This document shows, piece by piece, positions 1 through 12,640 of a stretch of DNA of 64,000 nt. The translations under genes and the position numbers were made by a program. Source of the stretch: Octopus vulgaris (taxonomy: Eukaryota). The DNA lies in assembly GCA_951406725.2 (NCBI GenBank), contig OX597841.1, positions 20,150,001 to 20,214,000 of the forward strand, in the 5' to 3' direction. The notes beneath the pieces were generated by a model. It worked only from the letters and a program-made list of their open reading frames with translations, ran no database searches and was not told the DNA's origin. The number at the start of each line of letters is the position of its first letter. Position 1 is the stretch's first letter.

Positions 1-24
1 GTATTTGTTTCTCTCCTTTTCTAG

Positions 25-108
25 GAAATCACCTCAGAAGTTGAGGTTAAGTACAAGATCCACCTGTGTCACTGCCAGTTAAAACAGTACAAAGAAGCTA
101 TCAATGTG
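25..108 (+). CDS. ANAPC7: ANAPC7 coding exon A (first in window; gene is 5'-incomplete)
   Basis: ctag| acceptor, |gtaagt donor; EITSEVEVKYKIHLCHCQLKQYKEAINV resembles vertebrate APC7 (SEIEVKYK, recalled); phase 0/0. Confidence 0.93.
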
Positions 109-219
109 GTAAGTATGAGCTGGTTTCTGTCGTCTTGTTGTTTACCCCTGGTCCCACATATGAACAGAGTTATTCCAGCTGTGAAGGGCTCCGTCTTTTA
201 TTGGCAAAACATTGTATAA

Positions 220-465
220 CAAAATTTTAAGATTTTTGTGTCTTTGGTCAGTAAGTGTTATTTCCTGTTTGCTTCTATCTAGAGATCAAAGGAAATGACC
301 CCTGTTCCCTTCAGACTTTTGTCACCTGGACATCAATGTTTTGAAGCTGACCTATTTTCCATTACATTTCAGACTGATTCAGTACTGAGTTGCTGAAGCA
401 GAAATATCGTTATGGCAAATCTTCTGCTCAATACCACAGATTTGCTGGTCAGTTGCTTGATCTTA
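220..465 (+). repeat. Dispersed repeat, second copy at about 59492-59740 in the same orientation
   Basis: Shared text gtctttggtcagtaa..gttatttc..atcaaaggaaat..gtcacctggacatcaatgttt..ctgctcaatacca..gctggtcagttgcttga; family not identifiable. Confidence 0.7.
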
Positions 466-1443
466 ACCCCTCAAGCAATGTCTCTCAGTGGCTGACAATA
501 TATGCATTTCTGATGATGAGCAGGAGTAGTGGTGGAGCATGATAGCCATGTGTTGAGAGGGATTCTTTAGAGTTTGAATAAATGTAACAAAAGCAAAAGT
601 TTGAGGGAGATCTTAGCCATTTTCCTTACTTTCTATGAGTAAGCAAATAACAGTTGTTGCCCAAAGACAAAAATAGTATTTCACAGTGAAATGCTTCTAG
701 GTCTGATGTTCTTTCTTTGTTGTCATTTAGCCTCATGTTGGTTTTCATCCAACAGACCTACAAACAAGGCCGTCCCACGTGTGACCATCTCTTCTTTTGT
801 TTGGGTAGACTGTGTCTAGGACTACATTATCTAATGTATATTTTGTTGTTGTTGTAAATCCCCATGCAACAGCCCTATGAACAAAGGTGTCCCAGCTGTA
901 ACCATACCTTTTGTTTAGGTATTGGCTACCTAGGACTACATTATCTAATATGTCCTTTATTATTATGAAGTCCCATGGTAATCCTGATCCAGCGGAATAG
1001 TGTATCTAGGATGAACATTATCCAATGTTTACTTTTGTTTGTTATTTTCTAAGACAGTTGCTCTGTTATGGTTTAAGGGAGATTTAGCTGCTGTTCCTAG
1101 GAGGCTAAGTGACAACAAAGAAGCATCGTCATTGACCATTGGCGTTGTTTAGTAATTCCCGGTCCAGCAAACCTAAGATTAAAGATGTTTCAGCTCCGGC
1201 CATTTTCTTCTTTTTCTTATCAAAATTTATCAGAACATCGTATTTTGTAAGATTGTGTGTAGACATAGATCCTTTTATTAGTTTACTTGTCTCAGACATT
1301 TGACTGCGGCCATGCTGGAGCACCGCCTTCAAGAGCTTTAAGTTGAACAAATCAACCCAAGGACTATTTTGCTGAACCACTAAGTTATGGAGCACCTGTT
1401 GTCAAGTGGTGATGGGAGAGACAAACACAGATATATACATACA

Positions 1444-1490
<47 letters not shown>

Positions 1491-1708
1491 CAGGCTTCTT
1501 TCACTTTCTATCTACCATGTCCATTCACAAGGCTTTGGTAAGCCCGAAGGTTATAGTAAGAGACACTTGCCCAAGGTGTCACACAGTGGCACTGAACCTG
1601 GAACCATGTGGTTAGGAAGCATGCTTCTTACCACATAGCTACGTCTGCACCTTTGTGTGTGTGTGTGTATATATATATAATCAAAATAAGCAACAAGAAT
1701 GACTCCGG

Positions 1709-1801
1709 TAATTTGGTACGATCGTTTCGTACTACATCATTTTATTAAATGTTGTAAGTATTACAACAGATTTAAGATGCTGAGTACTCATCAGCCAATT
1801 A
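1709..1801 (-). ncRNA. Type I hammerhead ribozyme motif (Penelope-like element remnant)
   Basis: Minus strand: uaauugg-CUGAUGA-GUACU..long stem II..AGUAC-GAAA-CGAUCG-UA-ccaa(a)uua; all core bases intact; stems I-III can form. Confidence 0.8.
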
Positions 1802-2944
1802 TAGAGGTTTTCCATTAATACAAAAATTTTCCAATCAAGTGACAACATTATAGAGAAGGTAGATATATAGCCCTCTATTATAGCCTTGAGCCAATCAAAG
1901 CTTTGTGAGTGGATTTGATAAATGGAAACTGAAAGAAGTCCGTTGTGTATATATATATATCATATAAAAAGCACCATCCGAGCGTTGCCGAAGCCAACGC
2001 CACCTTGACTGGCTTCCGTGCAGGTGGCACGTTAAAAGCACCAACCGATCGTGGCCGCTGCCAGACTCCCCTGGCACGTAAAAAGCACCCACTACACTCG
2101 CGGAGTGGTTGGCATTAGGAAGGGCATCCAGCTGTAGAAACACTGCCAGATCAGACTGGAGCCTGGTGCAGCCTCCTGGCTTCCCAGACCCCAGTTGAAC
2201 CGTCCAACCCATGCTAGCACGGAAAACGGACGTTAAACGATGATGATGATGTTTGTGTGTGTGTTTGCCCCCCCCCCCCATCACCGCTTGGCAGCCGGTG
2301 TTGGTGTGTTTACCTCCCCATAACTTTACAGTTTTTGAAAGAAAGACATTTAAAGAAAAATGCTTCTGGAGTTGATTCGTTCATCTTAAATCTTTCAAAG
2401 GTGCTGACCCTGCATTACTGCAGACTAATGACTGAGACAAGTCAAAAATAAAAGATCTATGTGTGTGTGTGTGTGTGTGTAGAAGCACGTGGTCTAGTAG
2501 TTAGGATGTTACGTTCATGATTGTAAGATTGCGGTTTCAATACCTAGACTAGGTGATGCATTGTGTGGTTGAGCAAAATACTTCATTTGATGTGGCTTCA
2601 ATCCATTCAGCTGGTAAAAATGGTTAATCCTGTGGCCGACCAGTGTCCCATCCATAACCTATGACTCGAGAAAGACCTTTGACCCCTTGATATACGTATA
2701 CACATGCACACACTTATGTACATGCATATCATCACCATTCAACATCCACTTTCCATGCTGGCATGTGTTGGAAGGGTTTGCTAGAAACCAGAGGACTGTG
2801 TCAAGTTGCTATGTCTGTTTTTGCATGGTTTCTATAACTTGATGCCCTTCCTAACACCAGCCACTTCACACACATATATGTATGTATATATGCATACACA
2901 CACACACACATATACACATGTCATTTGTTTTTCATCATTCCCAG

Positions 2945-3060
2945 CTGGAAGGTGTCATAGCAAAGAAGAGAAATGCCAAAATCAACCTGGCCCTCGCCCA
3001 CCTCTACAAACAGTCCAATATGGACCGTCCTGCTATAACCTGTTTCAAAGAAGTCATCAG
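2945..3060 (+). CDS. ANAPC7: ANAPC7 coding exon B
   Basis: ccag| ... |gtttgt; LEGVIAKKRNAKINLALAHLYKQSNMDRPAITCFKEVI(R); phase 0/2. Confidence 0.93.
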
Positions 3061-4892
3061 GTTTGTACATTACTCTTTCTTCGTTATTTTTTTCATTTAC
3101 CACTAACAGTACTCCTACTATTTCTACTTGCCTAAAGTGCTGCGCAGTGGGACTGAACCTGAAACCAGATGGTTGGAAATCAACCCTCTTACCACACAGT
3201 CATGTCCGCACCTCTTTGTTTTAGTTTATTTGAATATTTATTTTTGTATCTGGTTTGCAAATGAAGCAAACAGTTCGATTGGTTAATTGGATATTGACTA
3301 ATAATAAAGGATTGGAGCTAAACGAGTGCCTGGGTTAATGCTGGTGGCGAAATGGCTCTCCCGACACGCAACAAAATATTTTTGTGTTTTACTTATATAA
3401 AGTTGCATAGACTACTAACCAGCTGGAAATAGCTGGATGCAAATGCAATTGTGGGTTTTCTATGCAACAGAAATGTGCGTCAGACAAATTTAAATGAAAT
3501 ATGCTGTGCAAATGACTGCAAAAATAAAAAATATGCAGATATCCTAATCTCTGTTTTCTTGGATATCCTCTCAGTAATCCAGCAAAGCCTACCCAGGATT
3601 TACTCATTGGATGAATTACTGTGGGATTGATCCCCTTGAGTTATTCTAGGTGCTCCTTACAACTCAATGTGGTTTGCCAGAACCCTGATTATAACTGAGT
3701 GCTTTTATGGTACCTGCGTGGATTGTTTGTCCCTATCTATTCATCATTATCATCCTTTAATGTCCTTTTTCCATGCTAGCATGGGTTGGACGGTTTGACC
3801 AGAGAGCTACACCAAGTTCCAGTCTGATTTAGCAGGGTTTTCTATGACTGGATGCCCTTCCTAACACCAACCACTTCACAGGGTGCTGAGCGCATTTAAT
3901 GTGGCGCCGGCATGAGCACTTTTACATGTCACCAACACTGGACACTTACAGGCCAATCCTCTTCACCAGGGGTTGGCCTTAACACCTCTGCCGTTGAGTA
4001 CAACAAAGTTCCTGGTATCTCGGACCTTTGTCATCTTGTCTGAAAGGTTCAGCATCCTGAGGTCATCCTTCAGTACATTGTCCCATGTCTTCCTAGGTTT
4101 CCCTCTTCCCTCAGTTTCCTTCACTTTGAGAGATCAGCACTACTTTATGCAGACATCGGCATCGATCCACATATATAGCTGTAGAAGCCATGCCAAAACA
4201 GACAAGGAGCCTGAATAGCCCTTCAGCTAGTCAGCTCCTGTCAAACCGTCCAACCCATGCCAACATGGAAAACAGATGTTAAATGAAGATTATATATACA
4301 CACACACACACATACATACACACATACATACACACATACGATTATGCTTCACTTTACGAGGACCTGATTTGCAAGGCCCCCAGGTTTACAAGTTTTATTT
4401 TATAATAAATTTTTCAAAGAGAAGATCCAAATTTTGAATAAAATGCAAAAGTTTCTCCTACCATAACAACTGCTTCTGCATGTTACTGAGAAATTTATGG
4501 AGAGCGAAAAAAAGCTTCTTCTAAGCAAACAACTCTAGACTTGTTTTTTAAAAAAGAAATCTCCAAGTCCACCTATGAATTGGTGATCAGGTCTACAAGT
4601 GATGGTGTGCGTGGGTCTAGAATGAGTGAAAGGGATTCAGAAAACAATAATAATAATAATAATATTTTTCCTTATGAATGATCTGGACATTCTTTTTACT
4701 TTACATAAAATATTCTTGACATTCTCCTGTTGTTTTATTGCCATTTATTTATGAGTATTATGAATTTTTTAGGTAAAAGATTTTTCTGGGAATGAATTAT
4801 GATTTAGAACATTGCTGCTATGGGAAATTATTGCTCTGCTTTACGAGTGGTCTCTAGGAACAAATTAACTCTTATATCAATCAAGGTATTAC

Positions 4893-4926
<34 letters not shown>

Positions 4927-4927
<1 letters not shown>

Positions 4928-5112
4928 TGGGAGAATTTACGATAAAAACAAAAGACGAACACAGGTGGTGTACAAAACAAACAGATGTATTAGTATAATG
5001 CTCAGGAATAGAAAAAGTCTTTTACGTTTCGAGCCTATGCTCTTCTACAGAAAGGGACACAGAAAGAAACAAGGAGAGAAAATAAATGTGTGTAGAGGCT
5101 AACGATCAATCA
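4927..5112 (-). mobile_element. Penelope-like short repeat with variant hammerhead motif (5017-5056)
   Basis: Minus: cuuu-CUGUAGA-A-GAGC-auag-GCUC-GAAA-CG-UA-aaag; TA microsatellite flanks; related copy at about 42200-42365 (+). Confidence 0.6.
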
Positions 5113-5299
5113 TATACATATATATATATATATAAATAAGTTAGTAGACAAATGAAAGAAGGGCACTCAGCACATTTATTGGGAGTTACATGTAGGGATC
5201 AAAACTCCTTGGTATTTTGAGTTTCAACCGTGTCGCTGGTGTTTGGCCATTTCCAATGTTGATTCTAATATATAATCTTTGTTGTCTTTTTTTTAAAAG

Positions 5300-5413
5300 G
5301 GAATGTCCCCTTGCAGTTGAAGCCCTTATGGGTCTCTTATCATTGGGTGTGAAGTGTGCAGAGGTGATTGGACTCGTTCTCAGCAGCTTACCCCATGGAG
5401 CAAACTACGATTG
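5300..5413 (+). CDS. ANAPC7: ANAPC7 coding exon C
   Basis: aaag| ... |gtatgt; ECPLAVEALMGLLSLGVKCAEVIGLVLSSLPHGANYD(W), matching the APC7 CPLALDAILGLLSL motif; phase 2/2. Confidence 0.93.
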
Positions 5414-7580
5414 GTATGTAGACATTTTGGGATATTATTGTGTGAGTCTTTGCTTTCTGCTTCTGTTATGCACATTTATGTTTGTGTGTGTGTGTGTGAG
5501 CATATACGTCTACATGCAGACTTGTGTGTTTGTATGTATGAATGTATATATGTATTTATGTATTGAAGGCACATGGCTTAGTGGTTAGGGTATTCAGCTC
5601 ATGATCATAAGGTTGTGAGTTCAATTCTCAGCAACATGTTGTGTCCTTGGGCAAGACACTTTATTTCACGTTGCTCCAATCTATTCAGCTGGCAAAAATG
5701 ATTAGTACCTGTAATTCACTGGGCCGGCCTTGTGGCATTCTGTGTCACACTGAATCTCCCTTAGAATTACATTAAAGGTACAAGTGTCTGTGGAGTGCTC
5801 AGCCGCTTGCACATTAATTTCACAAGGAGGCTGTTCCGTTGATCCGATCAACTGGAACCCTCATTGATGTAACTGATGGAGTGCCAGTTGTTGTGTATGT
5901 GTATATGCAGGTGCGTGTATATGCAGGCATATGTGTATGTGCAGTTATGTGTGTGTGCTTTGGGAGCACAGTGTAAATGTAAATGTGTATGTATATGTAG
6001 GAATGTGTCCCTATGTGTATGTGTGAGTTTGTGTATGGGTCATGGAACACATGAGCAGGCGTAGGTGTGTGTGTGTTTGCACATGGGTATATATGTGTGT
6101 ATGTGTCCGTGAGCATATTTGTGTGAGAGCATGTGTATGTATGTTTGTAGCTATGTGTATATATGGGTATGTGTGTCTTTGTGTGTTTATTCTATTACAG
6201 AGGCATGATGGCTTGACAAATCCATTTAAATGGCCTCCCAGCCTTCACAAAGATATACTCACACTCTAAGACATTCCACATGGGACCATCTTGCCTTGAA
6301 TTCAAACATGGTATATCCAATGTATGTTTCCATTTTCTAAAGCAGCAGGAGGTGCAATTTGATTTGATGATGATTTCACTGTTATTTCTAACAAATCAAG
6401 CAAACACTTCAAGCAGCCATTTCATTACAAACAACCCTTTTTATTTACATTGTTTTTCCTTAGTCCTTTGCCTTTTCACAAGTCTATCCCCTCAAGAAGC
6501 TGACATTATTAATTCTTTCTGATTTTCTTTTTTGTTTCCTTCTGTTTCCATGACTCCCTGTCGCCATCCAATTCCATTATTATGAATTGGAATTGGGAAC
6601 TTGAGTCATATTGAATCTTTCATTAGTTGATTCTACAACCATGGGTGCCACCCCTGTGGATGTATTGATAGAGTTTGGTGATCGTGACCATTGATCTTCA
6701 CTCAGCATCAAAGTAAGAAGCACCGTTGGCTCAGTTGAGCTCTTCCACTGCCTCTTCATGATCCACCATGCTGTAGTCCCTTGACTTTGCCGTACGCCTG
6801 GTAGGGTGGCTGAACGGGTGCTATGCTTTGCCAAAGGGCAACCTGTAATTATGCACTGCACGGTTGTCACTCTGTGAGGTATTTTCAGATTTTCACTTAA
6901 GGCCAAAAACTTTGAGGGGAGGGTGAAGCCAATTACATCAAGCCCTGCAATCAACTGATATTTAGAAGAAGGAAAGACAAACTCAGCCTTAGCAGGATTT
7001 GAACTCAGAATGTAAGGAGCCAAAGGAAATTCTGCTAAGCAGTTTGCCAGGTGTGCTAATAATTGTGTCAGCTGCCCACCTGCTTATTTTATTACCATAT
7101 TTTCTGGCAAACAAGTTGACACAGTATGTAGTGTATCATTATCTTTCCAAATCCTGTTGCATTCCACATGCAATTTTTCATCCTCCAAAGTCATTTTGGT
7201 GTATAAGTTGACCTACTTTTTTTTTTTTTTCCCTGTAAATTTTAGTCTAAAAACTCATTTGTATGCCAGAAACACGATATTCTACTCAAAAAATCAGTCA
7301 AGAAAGACATACAAAACATAAGTGAAATACTTTATATGCTGGAAAATATGGTATTCTATACAAAAAAACCAATCAAGAAAGACATGAAACATAGGTGAAA
7401 TACTTCTGACATACAAGTTGATGTAGTATTCAGTGTAAACATGGTATAACCATTCAAATATCATCACTGTCTTTCCAAATTAGCCATTTTTCATATTTTC
7501 TAGGAGTAAGAAAAATAAGAAATAAAAGTTGCTACCCAAGGACAAAAATTGTGTTACACAATGTAATATCTTATATGTTG

Positions 7581-9510
7581 GTGCCACATAAAAAGTACTC
7601 TTGTGGGTGCCACATAAAAGTACTCTTGTGGGTGCCACGTAAAAAGTACTCTTGTGGGTGCCACGTAAAGTACTCTTGTGGGTGCCACATAAAAGTACTC
7701 TTGTGGGTGCCACGTAAAAAGTACTCTTGTGGGTGCCACGTAAAAAGTACTCTTGTGGGTGCCATGTAAAAAGTACTCTTGTGGGTGCCACATAAAAAGT
7801 ACTCTTGTGGGTGTCACATAAAAAGTACTCTTGTGGGTGCCACGTGAAAAGTACTCTTGTGGGTGCCACGTGAAAAGTACTCTTGTGGGTGCCACATAAA
7901 AAGTACTCTTGTGGGTGCCACATAAAAAGTACTCTTGTGGGTGCCACGTAAAAAGTACTCTTGTGGTTTCCTCATAATAAGTACTCTTGTGGGTGCCTCG
8001 TTTAAAGTACTCTTGTGGGTGCCACGTAAAAAGTACTCTTGTGGGTGTCACATAAAAGTACTCTTGTGGGTGCCACGTAAAAGTACTCTTGTGGGTGCCA
8101 CATAAAAAGTACTCTTGTGGGTGCCACGTAAAAGTACTCTTGTGGGTGCCACGTAAAAAGTACTCTTGTGGGTGCCACATAAAAGTACTCTTGTGGGTGC
8201 CATGTAAAAGTACTCTTGTGGGTGCCACATAAAAGTACTCTTGTGGGTGCCACATAAAAAGTACTCTTGTGGGTGCCACATAAAAAGTACTCTTGTGGGT
8301 GCCACATAAAAAGTACTCTTGTGGGTGCCACATAAAAAGTACTCTTGTGGGTGCCACATAAAAAGTACTCTTGTGGGTGCCACGTAAAAGTACTCTTGTG
8401 GGTGCCACGTAAAAAGTACTCTTGTGGGTGCCACGTAAAAAGTACTCTTGTGGGTGCCACGTAAAAGTACTCTTGTGGGTGCCACGTAAAAAGTACTCTT
8501 GTGGGTGCCACGTAAAAAGTACTCTTGTGGGTGCCACGTAAAAGTACTCTTGTGGGTGCCACGTAAAAGTACTCTTGTGGGTGCCACGTAAAAAGTACTC
8601 TTGTGGGTGCCACGTAAAAGTACTCTTGTGGGTGCCACATAAAAGTACTCTTGTGGGTGCCACGTAAAAAGTACTCTTGTGGGTGCCACGTAAAAGTACT
8701 CTTGTGGGTGCCACGTAAAGTACTCTTGTGGGTGCCACGTGAAAAGTACTCTTGTGGGTGCCACGTGAAAAGTACTCTTGTGGGTGCCACATAAAAGTAC
8801 TCTTGTGGGTGCCACGTAAAAAGTACTCTTGTGGGTGCCACATAAAAAGTACTCTTGTGGGTTCCACGTAAAAAGTACTCTTGTGGGTTCCACGTAAAAA
8901 GTACTCTTGTGGGTGCCACGTAAAAAGTACTCTTGTGGGTGCCACGTAAAAAGTACTCTTGTGGGTGCCACGTAAAAAGTACTCTTGTGGGTCCCACGTA
9001 AAAGTACTCTTGTGGGTGCCACGTAAAAAGTACTCTTGTGGGTGCCACGTAAAAGTACTCTTGTGGGTGCCACGTAAAAGTACTCTTGTGGGTGCCACGT
9101 AAAAGTACTCTTGTGGGTGCCACGTAAAAGTACTCTTGTGGGTGCCACGTAAAAAGTACTCTTGTGGGTGCCACGTAAAAAGTACTCTTGTGGGTGCCAC
9201 GTAAAAGTACTCTTGTGGGTGCCACGTAAAAAGTACTCTTGTGGGTGCCACGTAAAAAGTACTCTTGTGGGTGCCACGTAAAAAGTACTCTTGTGGGTGC
9301 CACGTAAAAAGTACTCTTGTGGGTGCCACGTAAAAAGTACTCTTGTGGGTGCCACGTAAAAGTACTCTTGTGGGTGCCACGTAAAAAGTACTCTTGTGGG
9401 TGCCACGTAAAAGTACTCTTGTGGGTGCCACGTAAAAAGTACTCTTGTGGGTGCCACGTAAAAAGTACTCTTGTGGGTGCCACGTAAAAAGTACTCTTGT
9501 GGGTGCCATG
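7581..9510 (+). repeat. Tandem array, 24-26 bp unit GTGCCACGTAAAAAGTACTCTTGTGG, about 75 copies
   Basis: Directly visible; unit length varies with the A-run; runs into an RTE 3'UTR copy at about 9500-9680. Confidence 0.97.
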
Positions 9511-10376
9511 TAAAAAGCACCCAGTATACTCTGTAAAGTAGTTAGCGTTAGGAAGAACATCCAGCTGTAAAAACCACGCCAAAACAGACAATTGGGGTCT
9601 GGTACAGTCCTCTGACTTGCCTACCCCTGCCAAACCATCCACCCATGCCAGCATGGAAAAAAAATGTTTGATAAGGATGATTGAAAGCCATCTTATTAAC
9701 AACGTATGGAATTAGGTTTAATGATTGAGCTAGCTGAATAATCCTATGTAACTGAGTAATTATAATATTTTTAGCACTGCGGCCTTTGGATATTTTCAAC
9801 ACAGCTGACAGACACCCAGAGCCTACAAAAGAGCCTGGGCTGTCCATAAAGGGAGTTAGAGATTCCTTGACTGGTTGATTAATACCCTAGAAACACAACT
9901 AGTCAACTTATCAACACAGTTTGTTGACTAATGACTGACAGATTGTTAGCCTATGGTTTATCAACCTGGCTTTCTAACTAGTGACATTTCAACACTGCCT
10001 TTTGACTAATAACCAATTTATCAACTATGCTTGTTGACTTATGACTGGCATACAAACATAGTTGGCTGATTAATGACTGATCAACTAATCTTGCCGACCT
10101 TTCGATATAATTACTCTGTTTGATGGTATGTGATACACTGTTTTTCAAAGAAAAATTCTCGTATGTGAAGTTGCTAATATTTTTCTCAATACTTACTTTT
10201 TCCTCAATATTCACTATTGAAATTGGGGTACATCTAATACACCCATGCATCTGGATATTATTGTTACTGGATATAATTGCTATCAGCACATTTGATTAAC
10301 TGAAACTGCTATCAGTCAGCCAGTAGCTTATGGGGACTTTTATTGCTCCAATATTAGCTGTATGTATCTGTTACAG

Positions 10377-10464
10377 GTTAACAATGTGGATCAAGGCCCA
10401 TGCTCTGGTGGTTGCACAGGAGTACACAAGTGCCATCTCAACATTTAAGGCCCTAGACTGCAAG
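10377..10464 (+). CDS. ANAPC7: ANAPC7 coding exon D
   Basis: acag| ... |gtaagt; LTMWIKAHALVVAQEYTSAISTFKALDCK; phase 2/0. Confidence 0.93.
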
Positions 10465-10864
10465 GTAAGTCAACTTTGATTGTTAGATTTGTCTTCTGTT
10501 CCTTCTGTTCTTCCTTTCCCTTTTACCTTGCTTTCTGTCCAGTAATACACACACACATTCTTTTCTACTCTAGGAAGAAGGCCTGAAATTTTGGGGGAGG
10601 GGGCCGGTCAATTAGGTCTACACCAGTATGCAACTGGTACTTAATTTATCGACCCCGAATGGATAAGTCAACCTTGGCAGAATTTGAACACAGAATGTAA
10701 AGACAGACGAAACACTGCTAAGCATTTCACCCAGCAGCTAACGTTTCTGCCATCTCACCATGCATTAATAGTGAATGAGAATGTGTATTCAACTCTGCAA
10801 TGGTGGATCAAGATTCTTTATTTGTGTATTAAGGCTACCATTGGTTTCATGTTAAGGCATATAT

Positions 10865-11800
10865 ATCATTGTTTAACATCCGTTTTCCATGCTGGCATGG
10901 GTTGGACTGTTTGACTGAGGATTGGTGAGCCAGGAGGCTGCACCAGGCTCCAGTCTGATCTGGCAATGTTTCTACAGCTTGATGCCCTTCCTAACGCCAA
11001 CCACTCCGAGAGTGTAGTGGGTGCTTTTTACATGCCACTTGCACAGGAGCCAGCCAGGCGGGCCTGGCACCAATCACATTCAGATAGTGCCTTTTACGTG
11101 CCACTGGCACTGGAGCCAGTCTGTGGGTACTGGCGTTGGCCACATTTGGATGGTGCTTTTTATGTGCCACCAGCATGGGGGCCAGTCAGGCAGTCCTGGC
11201 ATCACTTATGTTCAGATACTGCATTTTTTGTGCCACTGGCACAGGAGCCAATCAGGCAACACTGGCATTGACCACGTTCGGATGATGCATTTTATGTGCC
11301 ACCGGAACAGGAGCCACAGCTACAATATTGGTTTTACTTGACTCAAAAGGTCTTCTCAAGCAAATCATATCACCCAACGCATCAAGGGTACTCTTAAATG
11401 GGTCGGACATGTAACACTGGCCATGGCTGTGATCTCACTTTCCTTGCTGGGTCTTCTCAATCACAGCATATCTCCAAAGGTCTCGGTCTCCGGTCATTGC
11501 CTCTGTGAGGCCCAGTGTTCAAAGGTCATGCTTCACCATCTCATCCCATGTCTTCCTGGGTCTGCCTTTTCCACAGTTAGGGAGTGGCACTTCCTCACAC
11601 AGCTGTCCTCATCCATACATAACGTATGACCCTACTAGTACAGTCGTCTCTCTTGCACGCCACATTTGATGCTTCTTATGTTCAACTTTTCTCTCAGGGC
11701 ACTCACACTCTGTCACGTAGACACACTAACATTACACATTCAACTGATCATACTAGCTTCATTTCTTTCAAGGCTATGCATGTCTTCAGCAGTCATGGTA
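10865..11800 (-). mobile_element. RTE-clade LINE 3' fragment (decayed ORF end plus 3'UTR)
   Basis: Collinear with the RTE fragment at 42460-43600, including gtgccac..gcac sub-repeats and a (TGA)n-type tail. Confidence 0.8.
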
Positions 11801-12214
11801 CATGGCTTAGTGGTTAGAGTATTGCACTCGTGATTGTCAGATTGTGGGTTCAGTTCCCGGACTGGGCAGCATATGTTCTCAAGCACCTAACACTCTGTAA
11901 AGTGGTTGGTGTTAGAAAGAGCATCCAGCTGTGGAAACCATGCCAAAACAGACAATTGGATGACTCTCTGACTGGTGAACTCCTGTCAAACCGTCCAACC
12001 CATGCCAGCATGGAAAACAGCAGTTAGATGATAGTGATATGCAAAACTTCATGAATTGTGAGATTATTATCAAAGAAAACCAAAATGAATGGAATGGTGA
12101 ATGTGTATTTTGAATGGCTGTCATTTCTCTGCCAGTGTGCAGCAGTTTGTTAATCATGATATTAATTGACATTTTATCAATTAACATATTTTTCATATTC
12201 CTTTAATTCTCTAG

Positions 12215-12310
12215 CCTTACCTGAAAAATAATGTCCGACTCCTTTTCTCCTTGGGCGAGGCCCACTTCCTCAATGGTGACTACACACAAGCTATGCAACT
12301 CTTCCAGAAG
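12215..12310 (+). CDS. ANAPC7: ANAPC7 coding exon E
   Basis: ctag| ... |gtaatc; PYLKNNVRLLFSLGEAHFLNGDYTQAMQLFQK; phase 0/0. Confidence 0.92.
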
Positions 12311-12640
12311 GTAATCTACTTTGATCCTCTTTACAATTCTTTTATCTCTCAGTCATTGGACTGTGGCCATGCTGGGGCACCACTTTGTATTTTTGTTGAC
12401 TGAATTAAACCAAGGACTTATTTCTCTTCTTTTTGAAGCCTGCTGTTTATTCTGTTGGTCTCTTTGTTGAACTGCTAAGTTACAGGGATGTGTAACCATG
12501 CCAACACCAGATGTCAAGCAGCAGTGGGAGACAAAGACACATACACACATACGTATATAATGGGCTTCTTTCAGTTTCCATCTACCAAATCCACTCTAGA
12601 TTTTGACCTGCTCCAAGGCTGCCATGCAATGAGACTGAAC

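Noticed and set aside
7581-9510. CRISPR-like array
   Set aside because: Units are contiguous with no unique spacers, there are no cas genes, and the context is a eukaryotic intron
7480-9702. Long ORFs (490-668 aa) in all three minus frames
   Set aside because: Translation of a 24-26 bp satellite that lacks stops; unit length is not a multiple of 3 and indels shift frames freely
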